A stretch of 64,000 nt of DNA from Heterodontus francisci (Eukaryota), in the NCBI RefSeq assembly GCF_036365525.1, contig NC_090375.1, positions 188,303,233 to 188,367,232 of the forward strand, read 5' to 3'. Below the pieces are notes generated by a model. The model saw nothing but the letters and a program-made list of their open reading frames with translations, had not been told where the DNA came from and ran no database searches. This document shows positions 33,451 to 45,480 of the stretch, piece after piece. The translations under genes and the position numbers were made by a program. The stretch's first letter is position 1, and the number at the start of each line of letters is the position of its first letter.

Positions 33451-34480
33451 GATGGTTGTGGTTGTTGGAGGTCAATTATCTCAGCTCCAGGACATCACTG
33501 CAGGAGTTCCTCAGGGTAGTGTCCTAGGCCCAACCATCTTCAGCTGCTTCATCAATGACCTTCCTTCAATCATAAGGTTAGAAGTGGGGATGTTCGCTGA
33601 TGATTGCACAATGTTCAGCACCATTCATGACTCCTCAGATACTGAAGCAGTCTGTGTAGAAATGCAGCAAGACCTGGACAATATCCAGCCTTCAGCTGAT
33701 AAGTGGCAAGTAACATTCGCGCCACACAAGTGCCGGGCAATGACCATCTCCAACAAGAGAGAATCTAACCATCGCCCCTTGACCTTCAATGGCATTACCA
33801 TTGCTGAATCCCCCACTATCAACATCCTGGGGGTTACCATTGACAAGAAACTGAAATACCATGGCTACAAAAGCAGGTCAGAGTCTAGAAATCCTGTGAT
33901 GAGTAACTCACCTCCTGACTCCCCAAAGCCTGTCCACCATCTACAAGGCACAGGCCAGGAGTATGATGGAATACTCTCCACTTGCCTGGATGGGTGCATG
34001 TCCAACAACACTCAAGAAGCTCAACACCATCCAGGACAAAGCAGCCCATTTGATTGGCACTCCATCCACAAACATTTATTCCCTCCACCACCGACGTACA
34101 GTGGCAGCAGTGTGTCTCATCTACAAGATGTACTGCAGCAATGCACCAAGGCTCTTTAGAGAGCACCTTCCAAATCCGTGACCTATTACCTAGAAGGACA
34201 AGGGCAGCAGATGCATGGGAACACCACCACCTGCAAGTTCCCCTCCAAGCCACACACCATCCTGACTTGGAACTATATCGACATTCCTTCACTGTCGTCG
34301 GGTCAAAATCCTGGAACTCCCTTCCTAAAAGTACTGTGGGACTACCTACCCCACATGGACTGCAGTGGTTCTAGAAGGCAGCTTCTTCACCACCAGCTTC
34401 TCATGGACAATTAGGGATGGGCAGTAAATGCTGGCCTAGCCAGCGACCCCCACATCCCATGAAAGAATACAAAAGAAAAT
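33451..34480 (+). mobile_element. CR1-group LINE (second family), RT and 3' end
   Basis: ORF 33452-34159 GVPQGSVLGPTIFSCFINDL...MFADDCT...WQVTFAPHKC; then MMEYSPLAWM and the 3' tail. Confidence 0.95.
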
Positions 34481-35118
34481 GTATTAGAAGTCTCCAAATC
34501 ATCAGTCAGAGGTCCCAGTGAAATGGTCAATGAAGGAAACACAAGTTTGGCCTTTCATCTTATTCATCGTCCCACCTTCCTCCTCTTCTGCCTTTTGACA
34601 AAAACTCAAGAGAAGCAATCAATACAATTCCCACTTTGAGAACTTAGCTTGCAGCAATGAAATAGCCAGTATACTTTTAAGAATTCATTTCCAGAAAACC
34701 CTTTGATCATCAGTTTCATTTGGATGGGCTGGGTGCACAATGCATTCCTTGCGAGAACATCAGGGAACCGGGGGCAGCTCAATTCAGGCAATATATTATC
34801 AATACCAGTGCCAGGCATAATAGTAAATGAAGCTCCTGCACTGAATAATCAGCCTAAGAGACTGCCCAGAGGACTAATTTGGGCAGGAATCTACCAATAT
34901 CGATCTCTGCCTAATTTCCTGACCCTCGCTCACCCATTCTGATCTGGTGTAAATGTAAAGTGCAGCAACTGTTGCTTTGTAGATGAATTATTCAAACTAA
35001 AGGTCTCATTCCCAGAAATGTTTGGGCAAGAAAGGACTTGAATTTATATCACATTGTTCATGATCTCAGGACAACCAAAAGTGTTTTACAGCCAATTATG
35101 TACTATTTTGACATGTAG

Positions 35119-36136
35119 GGCTGGATTTTGCATGGGTTCCAGTGACGGGCCGGAAGGCAGGGTGGGGGTGGGGGGTGGAGGGGGCGTGTTGTGGGGGGGC
35201 AACCCTGCCTCACAGAATCACAGAATTTTGGTCCGTTGTGTTTGCACTGGCTCTCTGAAAGAGCAATTTACCTAGTGCCACTCCCCAACCTTCTCCTCAT
35301 AGCCCTGCACATTCTTCCTTTTCAGATAACACTCCAATTCCCTCTTGAATGACTTGATTGAACCTTCCTCCACACACTCTCAGGTCATGCATTCCAGATC
35401 CTAACTACTCGCTATGTGAAAAAGTTTTTCTTCATGTTGCCATTGCTTCTTTTGCCAATTACCTTGTTCTGAATCCTTTCACCAATGAGAATAGTTTTTC
35501 CCTATCTACCCTGTCCAGACCCCTCATGATTTTGAATACCTCGATCAAATCTCCTCTCAACCTTCTCGTTTTCAAGGAAAACAGTCACAACTTCTCCAAT
35601 CTATCCACGTAACTGATGTTCCTCATCCCTGGAACCATTCTCGTGAATCTTTTCTGCACTCTCTCCCAACCCTTGGTGAATTCCATGGCATGTAGCCAAT
35701 TAATTGCCCTCCGTTGGGGTTCTCATATCCCACCCCCAAGAGCTGCCAGCCAATCAGAGGGCCGTCAGCTCAGCAGTACTGGCAGCGCCACCAGAAGCAG
35801 TGGCCACTGCAGGAGGCCTGGGACCAAGAGCAGCGCTGGAGCCCCGGACCTTAGGTAAGTGGGGCGGGCTCATTGGGGCCAGTCTGGCAGCTCCTGGTGA
35901 GGAGAGGGGGGAAGGGTGGTCATTGAGGGTGGGTGGGGTTTGTCTGCGGAGGGTGGCCTTTGTCGCCAGAGGCTCTCTGTGGGCCACAGATTGACCATGG
36001 AGGAGGAGCCCCCCCCCCCCACCCACCCCACCTGGGAGAGCACCTGGTTTTACTGGGCGACCTCTCCACGTGGCAGAGGCCTACCTGCTGCTGGTAAAAT
36101 ACCAGCGGCGGTGGGAAGAGGCCCTTAAGTGGCCAT
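35119..36136. mobile_element. Harbinger-type MITE with a CR1 insertion at ~35214-35668
   Basis: Left TIR ggctggattttg. Interior ccaatcagaggg...cagcgccaccagaagcagtggccactgc...aggtaagt is shared with other copies. The CR1 piece is on the minus strand. Confidence 0.65.
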
Positions 36137-37213
36137 AGAAGATTATTTGGTAGTGCTGTGATGGTGTTTGGGAGTTACTGAGTGTCAATTCCCTGCAGTG
36201 AGGCAGAAAACATTTTCCCCGTAACCCGTGATCCCTTGTTTTCTTCAGAAACCTATTTTGGGGGCTATATTTTCTTCCTTTTGCTAATTTTGGATGAATT
36301 GTTGCTTATTGCCACCGCTTGTTTGTCAATGGTCTGTATCTGACAGTGGCAACCGACTCGCTTCTGGTTTCTTTTCAATTGAAGCTGTTTTCACTGAAAT
36401 GCAATGTCTTCTTGTGATGGGGGAGGGCCATCCTGCTCACCTTTTACAGGAGTCTTTGGTCCTCTATCACAGAGTTCCTGTGCTTTTGAATGATTTCAGA
36501 CTTTTTGTCTCAACTACGCTATCCAGGAGATCATTCCAGGTATCGATCACTCTTTGCATGAAGTGTTTCCTGCCATCAGTTCTGAACTTGTCTTTCATCA
36601 GTCATTTCCCTTGTCCTGCAGTCATGGCTTAATCTTTTCTTTCTTTAGATGAGTTATATCATCCTGTTGTGAAATATAAAAGATCTGTCAAAATACCTGG
36701 GCAGGGATGAGTGAACAACCTAGGAGAGCTAGGTTGATTTGATTCAATCTTATCTCATCCAATGGTTTTGAATCTGAACTTGGCTCAAGGTGATTGAAAG
36801 TGCTACTCTTCCCCTCCCCCTTGTTGTGGCTCAACTCTAAAACTGATTCCTCATTGTCACCTGGGAATAAAATAATCCAAACTTCTTCAACCTTGAACCA
36901 GGGAAAGCTTGAACAGAATTTTATTTCCATTGTAACATATATATATGTCATGTCACATTTTCTCTCCTCGCCCCCTTGCACATGTTCCTATCTCAAGCTG
37001 AGAGTGTGCATGATAACCTGCTCAGAAAGTGCTAGCAATTCTGGGTTTTTGCGGACAAAAGTAGAATGGATGATGATGATCGTTCTAGTTTTTCCTGCCT
37101 CCCTGGCCTTCTTTTTGTACTTTACAATGTAAATGATAGTACACACCATGGAAGATTGTGGATGTTAACTGTGTTCACCACTCCCTGATATAACTTGGAG
37201 TTCCAATATACAT

Positions 37214-38106
37214 TATCATGCAGGCCACTACCTGCCAAGAATGAGGCATATTAATTTTGTCATATGAATATTGAATGAGAAAGGACGTGTTAAAAAATCA
37301 CCAGACACTTGCCTGGAAGTACATTTGCATACTAACAGACAGTGCTTGTGGAGACAAGGAACTATTCCCTGGTCCACTTAACCTACAATGGAATTTGATC
37401 ACCAGACATTGAAGGTGTAATGAAGAGCATTCCAGAGACTGCTAAAGTGATACAATCCACAAAAGCCAGGACAGGCTAAACCAGCTGGACACATGACTAA
37501 CTGGCTGGTCCAGGGTTTTTTTTTGAACTAGCCACAGAGAGTTTGAACTCAGAAAGACAGTTTGCTCCTGGACTGCGAAGACCTCTCCTGTCTGCTCCCA
37601 TCTCTTTCTCAGAAGCATCTGGACCCACTGAGGACACATGAACCCCAAGAGAGAAAAGTCTCCTACATAGAACAAGGTTTAAGAAAAATACTGGGCCTCA
37701 ACGAAAAGGAAGATCGACCAACAATCAAGGACTTTACAGCAAGCTCAAAGAACAGTAACCAAAACCATCTTCAGATATTGCCTCAAACTTTTCCAGTTTA
37801 TTTTTTCTGCTCTTTTCTGAATCTATCTGCAGGTGTGTATTGCGTATGTGTGCTAGCGTGGGTACATTACGTATCTGTAGGTGTTAACCGAATTAAAGTT
37901 TAAGTTTAATAAAATTCAACCTTTTTACTTTACACCTAAGAAAACCTGTTTGGCTGGTTTCTTTGCCTTACAGCTGGAAAGCAGCGAACGAGGATTCACT
38001 AGGGGGAGCTAAAAAAAACGATGTGTTAAAAATTAAACCCTGTTACGGGAAGACCAGGTGAAGGCTGAGAGGGAACCATAGACCCCTTTCTCACCAGATC
38101 GTAACA
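37214..38106 (+). mobile_element. Solo LTR (Gypsy/ERV-type)
   Basis: Ends ctcaccagatcgtaaca, AATAAA at ~37908, flanks acat/atat (possible 4-bp TSD with one mismatch). The 3' part aligns with 40920-41135. Confidence 0.65.
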
Positions 38107-38164
38107 ATATTGTAAAACCTGCGATAGTGCCACGGTCAGCTTTGTTGGTGTACTTGCTATAATT

Positions 38165-38440
38165 GTAGAATTGCATAGAATTTACATCACAGAAACAGGC
38201 CATTCATCCCAATTTATCTACGCCAGTGTTTATCCTCTACATGAGATTCCTCCACTCGATTTACTTTCTCACCTTATCAATATATTCATCTATTCCTTTC
38301 CCCCTCATGTGTTTGTGTCACGTTCCCTTAAATACTATTCGTTTTGATTGTTCCATGTGGTCGAGAGTCCCATATTCTCTGAGTAAAGAAGTTTCTTCTG
38401 AGTTTTTTATTAGATTTATGAATGACTATCTTAAATTTAT
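38165..38440 (-). mobile_element. Degenerate CR1 3' fragment
   Basis: catagaatttacatcacagaaacaggccattc...; ORF 38328-38579 includes YHKFKIV...LRRNFFTQR. Confidence 0.7.
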
Positions 38441-39174
38441 GATAGTATGGAAAGTACTCTATATGAAAGTACATCATAGGCAAAGTACTCTGCCTCCAAC
38501 AATCAATAGATCTGTTCTCAAGGGTCTCAAGGTGTTGCCAGTTTCCTCTCTTCTTCGCCTTGGACACTATAAGGCTCATCGGACATCATCGTCTACTGTT
38601 TCAATTGAAGTTGGTTGTCTGATCACAGAGCAGCGATCAGAGATTGGAGTCTTGGTCTGTGTATACACTAGAACTGCAGCGCAGTGCAAAGGGATTTCAG
38701 CTTGCAACAGCACTGAAGTTAACTCCCCGGCTAAGTTTCTGAGTCATCGATGCTGGCTAAGCATAATTGGCAAACCATGGATGTGCTACCTCTGATCAAT
38801 TTTTATTCAACGGAGAGAAAATAGTCGGGAGCTCACCAGCAGCTTCCCAATAATCACAACTGCTTGCCGAAGCTTAAATGCTAGGAAAACTTTCTACGTG
38901 GGGAGCTGGTGGAAAGGCTTAAAACCACATTGTATGTTTCTACCCAGCCTTGTGGTAAAAATGTAGCTCGGTATCAAATTTTGTCTGATAATTGCTCCTT
39001 TGAGGTGGTCGGGAACATTTTGCTACATTAACGATGCTATATAAATGCATGTTGTTGGTGTTGTTAGGTGTCAGCTTGGCTCAGGTCATAGCATTCTCAC
39101 CTCTGAATTAATAGGTCATGGGTTCAAATCTTAGATTTGAGCACATAGTGTCAGTTGACACCCCAGTGATGGAG

Positions 39175-39715
39175 TGCTACAAGGCATAAGTCAGGAGTGT
39201 GATGGAATACTCTCCACTTGCCTGGATGGGTGCAGCTCCAACAACACTCAAAAAACTCAACACCATCCAGGACAAAGCAGCCCGCTTGATTGGCACCCCA
39301 TCCACCACCTTCAAAATTCACTCCCTCCATCACTGATGCACAGTGGCAGCAGTATGTATTATCTACAAGATGCACTGCAGCAACTCACCTAGGCTTCTTC
39401 AATAGCATTCCCAAATTCATGACCTCTACCATCTAGAAGAACCAGGGCAATAGACACATGGGAACACCACCACCTGCAAGTTCCCCTCCAAGTCACACAC
39501 CATCCTGACTTGGAAATATAGCAGCATTCCTTCACTGTCACTGGGTCAAAATCCTGGAACTCCCTCCTGAACAACATTGTGGGTATACCTTTGCTACATG
39601 GACTGCAACAGTTCAAGAAAGTGGCTCACCACCAGCTTCTCAAGGGCAGTTAGGGATGGGCAATAAATGCTGGCCTTTCCAGAGATGCCCACATCCCATG
39701 AATGAATAGTAATAA
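39175..39715 (+). mobile_element. CR1-group LINE (second family), 3' fragment
   Basis: gtgatggaatactctccacttgcctggatgggtgcagctcc...gggatgggcaataaatgctggcc...catcccatgaatgaat. Confidence 0.9.
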
Positions 39716-39847
39716 AAGATGAATTACATCATCCTGATGTGAAGATATAAAAGATCTTTTAAAATACCTGAGCATGAATGAGTGATCAGGAACAACTGAG
39801 TTCTTCATTTTTATTCTGTCATCTAAACAATTTACCCCTCAATGTAA

Positions 39848-41135
39848 TTTCATGATGCAAGACTCCGATACAGTAAAAGTACATGGGATTGTTTGTATAG
39901 ATACTTCTTCAACATCACAAAATAGGGGTTTGCAGTGAGCAACGAGAAATCACTTTGCATGCATCAGAAGGTCAGTCATGCTGTGCTCACTTCATTCTGC
40001 CTCCATGTGACTGTTTGGACGAACCACATTAGCCAACTCCAAAAGAGGATGTTACTCAGATTAAAGAAGGCTTGAGATTTTGTCTAGCCAAATTGTTATC
40101 AAGTCTGAATGGGGATCAGAAGGGATTCATCTTGTCAACATTACCTCTGGTTGGACAAAAACTAAAGATAAATAGCGACTCAAGAATTAAATAGATCCTA
40201 ATGCAATTGCATTAATATGCCTTTGATGCATTCCCCACTTATTCCCTCTGAGGGAATCTTACCATTGCTGGGCTTGAATTACCTAGAATTGCTTCATTAG
40301 CATGGCAGTCAAGACGATCCTAACACTTTGACTTTGAAAGAGCAAACCCCCTCCAAGTGTGACTTGGCATCCTGGGGCTGTGGAGCCAATTCCTAACCTT
40401 GAATTTCATTAGAAGGTTCTAGAAAACCTGAAGCAGCCATGTGACGGTCCGTCTGTCTCAGGGGAAGTTGTTTTTTTCCCCTTGGACAAAGAGACATGCA
40501 GTAACTCAGACTGTGCAGCAAGAAAAAGCTGCGTGCCTCCCTTTCTCTCTCTCTCTTCCCCCAGGAAACATCAAGTTTGAAAACCGCCTGTGACTGTGGA
40601 CCCTCCAAGCCTACAAACTGCTACAGCCAGTGACCAGGGAGACAGCCATCTACCAGGATGCCTACAAACAAACCATGAGCAAAGCAGGCCAGCCACAAAG
40701 TGCACTTTGACCAACGAAGGACTTCAAGAATACAACTTCAGATGGAAGATGACCAAATCATCCAACCATACCAATGGTGTTTTCAATTTTTATTTATTCT
40801 GGACTTTAATCCAACCAAAAAACCTACTTTCCACTCTGTTGTCTATTTGTGTGTGTGTGATTCTCGTGTGAATGTGTGCATGAATGTGTAGCATATTTTA
40901 AAATATTTTAAAATCTGGGTTAGAGTGTTAAGTATAATAAACTTACCTCTTTCTTGTTTAAACGCAAGAAAACCGGTCTGACTGGTTCTTTCACGATCAT
41001 AGCAAAGGAAAAAGGTAAAACACTCACAGAGGTGGTAAGCACAATCACTGTTTAAAAGGAATGAACACTGTTGCGGTCAAATAAGAGGAAGGACAAGAGG
41101 GGAGCCTGAGACCCCCTCCTCACCTGGCCGGAACA
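39848..41135 (+). mobile_element. Solo LTR related to 37214-38106 (5' boundary uncertain)
   Basis: AATAAA at ~40936. The 3' end gaccccctcctcacctggccggaaca parallels gacccctttctcaccagatcgtaaca. Confidence 0.55.
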
Positions 41136-41137
41136 GA

Positions 41138-42745
41138 CATAAGAACATAAGAAATAAGAACAGGAGTAGACCATACGGCCCCTTGAGCCTGCTCCACTAT
41201 TTAATACGATTATAGCTGATCTTCTGCCTCAACCCCACCTTTCCCGTCCACTCCCCGTACCCCTTGATTCCCTGAGAGACCAAAAATCAATCTATCTCAG
41301 CCTTATATATATTCAACAATGGGGCATCTGCAATCATCTGGGGTAGAGGATTCCAAAGATTCACAAACCATTGAATGAAGAAATTTCTCCTCATTTAAAT
41401 AGCTGACCCTTATTCTGAGACTGTGATCCCCAAGTTCTATATTATCCAGCCAGGGGAAACATTTTCTCAGCATTTGCCCTATCAAGCCCCAAAGAATTTA
41501 TATGTTTCAATTAGACCACCTCTCATTCTTCTAAATTCCAGGGTATAAAGGCCTAGTCTACTCAATCTTTTCTCACAGGGCAATCCCTCATCCCAGGATC
41601 CAGTCTTGTGAACCTTCGTGGCACTCCCTCTAGTGCAAGTATGTCCTTCCTTAAGGAGACCAAAACTGCATACCGTACTCCAGGTGTGGCCTCACCAATG
41701 CCCTATATAATCGTAGTAAGACTTCTTTACTCTTATACTCCAATCCCTTTATAACAAAAGGTAATATACCATTTGCCTTCCTAATTGCTTGCCGCATCTC
41801 CATGTTAACTTTCTGTGATTCATGTACAAGGGTACCCAGGTCCTACTGAATGCAACCATTTCCCAGTCTCTCATCATTCAAAAAATTATCTTTTTATTTT
41901 TCTTACCTAGGTGGATAACTTCACACTTCCCCACATTGTATTCCATCTGCCATGTTTTTGCCCACTCACACAACCTGTGTGTGCATGGATATAATGGACC
42001 GAATGGCCATCTTCTGTGCTGTAATCATTCTGTGATTCTATGTCTACATCTTCCTGCAGCCTTTTTGCATCCTCTTCACTGCTTACTTTCCCACCTGACT
42101 TTGTATCATCAGCAAACCTGGGTACATTACACTCGGTCCCCTCATCTAAGTCGTTAATATAGATTGTATATAGTCGTATATACTGTATAGCTGAAGCCCA
42201 AGTCCTGATCCTTGCCATACTCCGCTAGTTACAGCCTGCCAACCCAAAAATTGCTTGCTTATTTATTCCTACTCTCTGTTTTCTGTCCATTAATCAATCT
42301 TCAATCCAGTCTAATATATTACCTTCAATCCCATGAGTCCTAATTTTGTGTAATACCTCTTGTGTAGCACCTTAATGAATGCTTTTTGAAAATCCAAATA
42401 CAATACATTCACTGGTTCCCCCTTATCCATCCTATTAGTTACATCCTCAAAAAACTCTAACAGTTTTGCTGATCACGATTTCCCCTTCAAAAATCCGTGT
42501 TCTCTGCTTAATCATATTATGATTTTCTCAGTGCTCTGTTACCATATCCCAGCATTTTGATTACTACTGATTTTATGGTAACTGAACTATAGCTCTCTGT
42601 TTTCTCTCTTTCTCCTTTCTTAAATAATGGGTTTATGTTTGCTATCTTCCAATCCTTGGGAACTATTCCAGAATCTAAGAAATTCTGGAATATCAAAACC
42701 AATGCATTCACTGTCTCTGCAGCTGCCTCTTTTAAAACTTTAGAA
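41138..42745 (-). mobile_element. CR1 LINE ORF2 fragment (with a small nested CR1 tail at ~41975-42040)
   Basis: IFQNFLDSGIVPKDWKIANINPLFKKG, YINDLDEGTECNVPRFADDTK; 3' tail cataagaacataagaaat. Confidence 0.92.
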
Positions 42746-42764
42746 TGAGACTGTCAGCTCTCTC

Positions 42765-42965
42765 CCTAAACCTCTTCACTCCTCTACCTCTCTTTCCTCT
42801 TTTAAGACACTTCTTAAAACCTACCTTTTTGAACAAGCTTTTGCTCACCTGTTCTAATATCTCTTTCCGTGGCTGGTGTTAAATTTTGTTTGATATTGCT
42901 CCTGTGACGCACCTTGGGATGTTTACTATGTTAAAGGTGCTATATAAATGTAAGTTATTGTTGCT
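42765..42965 (+). mobile_element. L2 3' end
   Basis: ccctaaacctct...cttaaaacctacc...aaaggtgctatataaatgtaagttattgttg. Confidence 0.8.
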
Positions 42966-43384
42966 GAAGTCATGACAGACAAATGGAAGATTCCCAATGG
43001 AAAACCACCCCTCATGTGTACATTCATCATTTGTGAGCCTTGACAGTGTAGACAGGCTATTTAACCATGTGTGGCATCACAGTTGAACCTGGTCATCGCT
43101 GCTTCGTTAACACTGCGCAGGGCAGGAATTAAACATTGAATCTTCCAATTTTAAAATATATTGGGAAACTAGAATAAGGTGATACAGATCCAAACTAGTA
43201 AAAGAAAAAAATATGACTGATAATGGAAGTTTCCTCACATCAAGAATGATCAACATATGGAATGGACTTCCCGTATAGAGTAGTGTAGGCAGAAAATCTG
43301 GGAATCATTTAGAATCAATTGGGATACTTTCTGGATGGACGAATGTGCTTCCTTGCCCTGTAACAGTACATATGAATAGCTTTG

Positions 43385-43720
43385 TGTTTTTTAAATCCGT
43401 CCTTGGGATGTGGTCATTGCTGGCAAGGCCATCCCCAATTGTCCTTGAGAAGGTGGTGGTGAGCTGCCTTCTTGAACTGCTGCAGTCTGTGTGGTGTAGG
43501 TGCACCCACAATGTTGTTAGGGAGGGAGTTCCAGGGTTTTTGATCAAGCAATGATGAAGGAACGGTGATATATTTCCAAGTCAGGATGTTATGTGACTTG
43601 GAGGGGAACTTGCAAGTGATGGTGCTCCTATGTGCCAGCTGCACTACTCCTTCCAAATGGTAGAGGTCGTGGGTTTGGGAGGTACTGTCAAAAAATGCCT
43701 TGGCGAGTTGCTGCCTATGC
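43385..43720 (-). mobile_element. CR1-group LINE (second family), 3' fragment
   Basis: KPWNSLPNNIVGAPTPHRLQQFKKAAHHHLLK. Confidence 0.85.
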
Positions 43721-44149
43721 AAACTAGACTTGCTCCATTGTGACAGTGTCCATTTTTCAAATGAGGTAAATTCTTTCCCTGCCTGACCTCAGAAAGCTCA
43801 GAACATTTATTTCAGCAAATGCTTATAATGCAAGAAGACAAACTGCTATGTTTGGGCATTGTTCAACAGGTTGCACTAGTCACTTTTCACTTCAGTGATC
43901 TATTTCCATCACACATATCCGCCTCGGTAGGTAAAAATGATTTACTGTTGTCATCGTCATCACCCAGTTAGGAGAGGGGCGAGAAGGAGTGGTGGTGGGG
44001 GGCGGGAAACAGGTCTGAAAGAAAAGACAACCTAATCTTATTCATAGAAGCACATGCTGAGTGGGAGTGTGGTCACCTGAATTATGCATGTCCATTGTGT
44101 TGCCATATCATAAAGCAATGAATACCCTCAGAAGCATTTGCAGTACCTC

Positions 44150-45480
44150 TATTTACACCCAGCCTGAGCACAAAGTCTCCACTGCGAAAGACAATTAGTC
44201 ATATTTGTATGCCGGAATTAATTGAGAGTGAGATGCAGGAGGCAGAAAGAGAGAACAAAGAATGCTTTTTTTTGTCAATTCTTCTAACTGACAGCGATAA
44301 TTAGATATATGAAATTGAAATTCCTCAGCAGGAGGTTTCTGTTGACAATGAATTTTCTTTTATACTATTCTGTTATTCTTTTGTGCTGTCATTTGTGGTC
44401 ATTTGTTATTCAGCCTGAAACTTATAAAAAAAAGCCAGGCAGTCTCAGAAAAAAAGCACACACACGCAAGCACAAACGCAGCCCCAGATAAAATCAGTTT
44501 GTAGCCTGTAGGGCTAGAATTATTCGGTGCATTGGGTAGAAAACATACTCAATGACCTGTAGCCTCTGAATCCCTTTCCCCTCCTCCCAAGTCCCCCATC
44601 TCTTCCCCACAACCTCCCCCTCCCCCTCCCCCGCCCACACTCTAAATTCCCTACTGACTGACCCAGTGGTCCATATCACCTTTCAGAGTTTGAATTGAAG
44701 AGTAAAAGGGCAGACTGTGTGGTCAGTGTTTTCAATATTCCCCTTGCTAACAATGACATCACCCGTGCAAACCCTTAAAGGGATTTTCTAGCAGTCTTGG
44801 ATCCATTATTAAAACACGGCAGTCATTAATTTCTCCCACTTGGTCAAAATGAAAAGCCTTCCCGGAGGGTTTCAGGCGTGAAAGAAAATTCTTCTCCCCA
44901 CTCTACCCCGTCAGACCGGTCTTTTTCTAAACTTTAGCATACACCAGTGGACCACGAAAGGCGACTGGAGCAGAGGACGAAAAAGTGCATTGAAACCAAA
45001 TCAATTCCGTTTGAGAAAGAAGTACGCTGAAGTTGTGGAGTGGGCTGGCGAACTTGCATGTTAGAGGCCAACACTTTTGAGAGTCCAAAGAGGTCCAGTG
45101 ATTCTCCAAGTAGCAGTGATCGTCCTTTCGCTAATTTACTTGCGCAGATTATTTTTTCAACACCATGCTCTCAAGCACCAACATTGACAAAAAACAACTG
45201 GTGGGTAAAGGGCTCACACAAAAAAAGCACCTCATCATTTTTAGATTTAAGGAGCGCTTTTCTGTCTTTGAGCTTCTGGTGGGGAGCCTCGCCCTCAGAG
45301 AGCACGTATGGAAAATTCCCGTGCGTGAATTTAGCGAACAATCGCGATAATCGTTAGAAAAGCGTGCTGCAATTTTCCGCATGCTCCCTTTGGCCTTCAG
45401 AGCTCCGCACAGATCAAAAATAACCCCCGTCGAGCCTATTGAGTGTTGCAGTTAATAGGAGGTTTTAGCCACGATACTGC
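44150..45480. promoter_or_regulatory. Putative enhancer/promoter-like repeat-free block
   Basis: No recognisable repeat. Clustered TAATTA/TGACAG/AACAAAG motifs at 44170-44420 and locally retained CpGs at 44860-45480. Inference only. Confidence 0.35.

Noticed and set aside
33452-34159. Long ORFs (also 47987-48685, 8422-8868, 7270-7788) as functional genes
   Set aside because: They are 5'-truncated, frameshifted LINE ORF2 fragments.
37214-41135. Two LTRs as the ends of one provirus
   Set aside because: The LTRs are too divergent, no PBS follows 38106, and the spacer is LINE/SINE DNA with no gag/pol.
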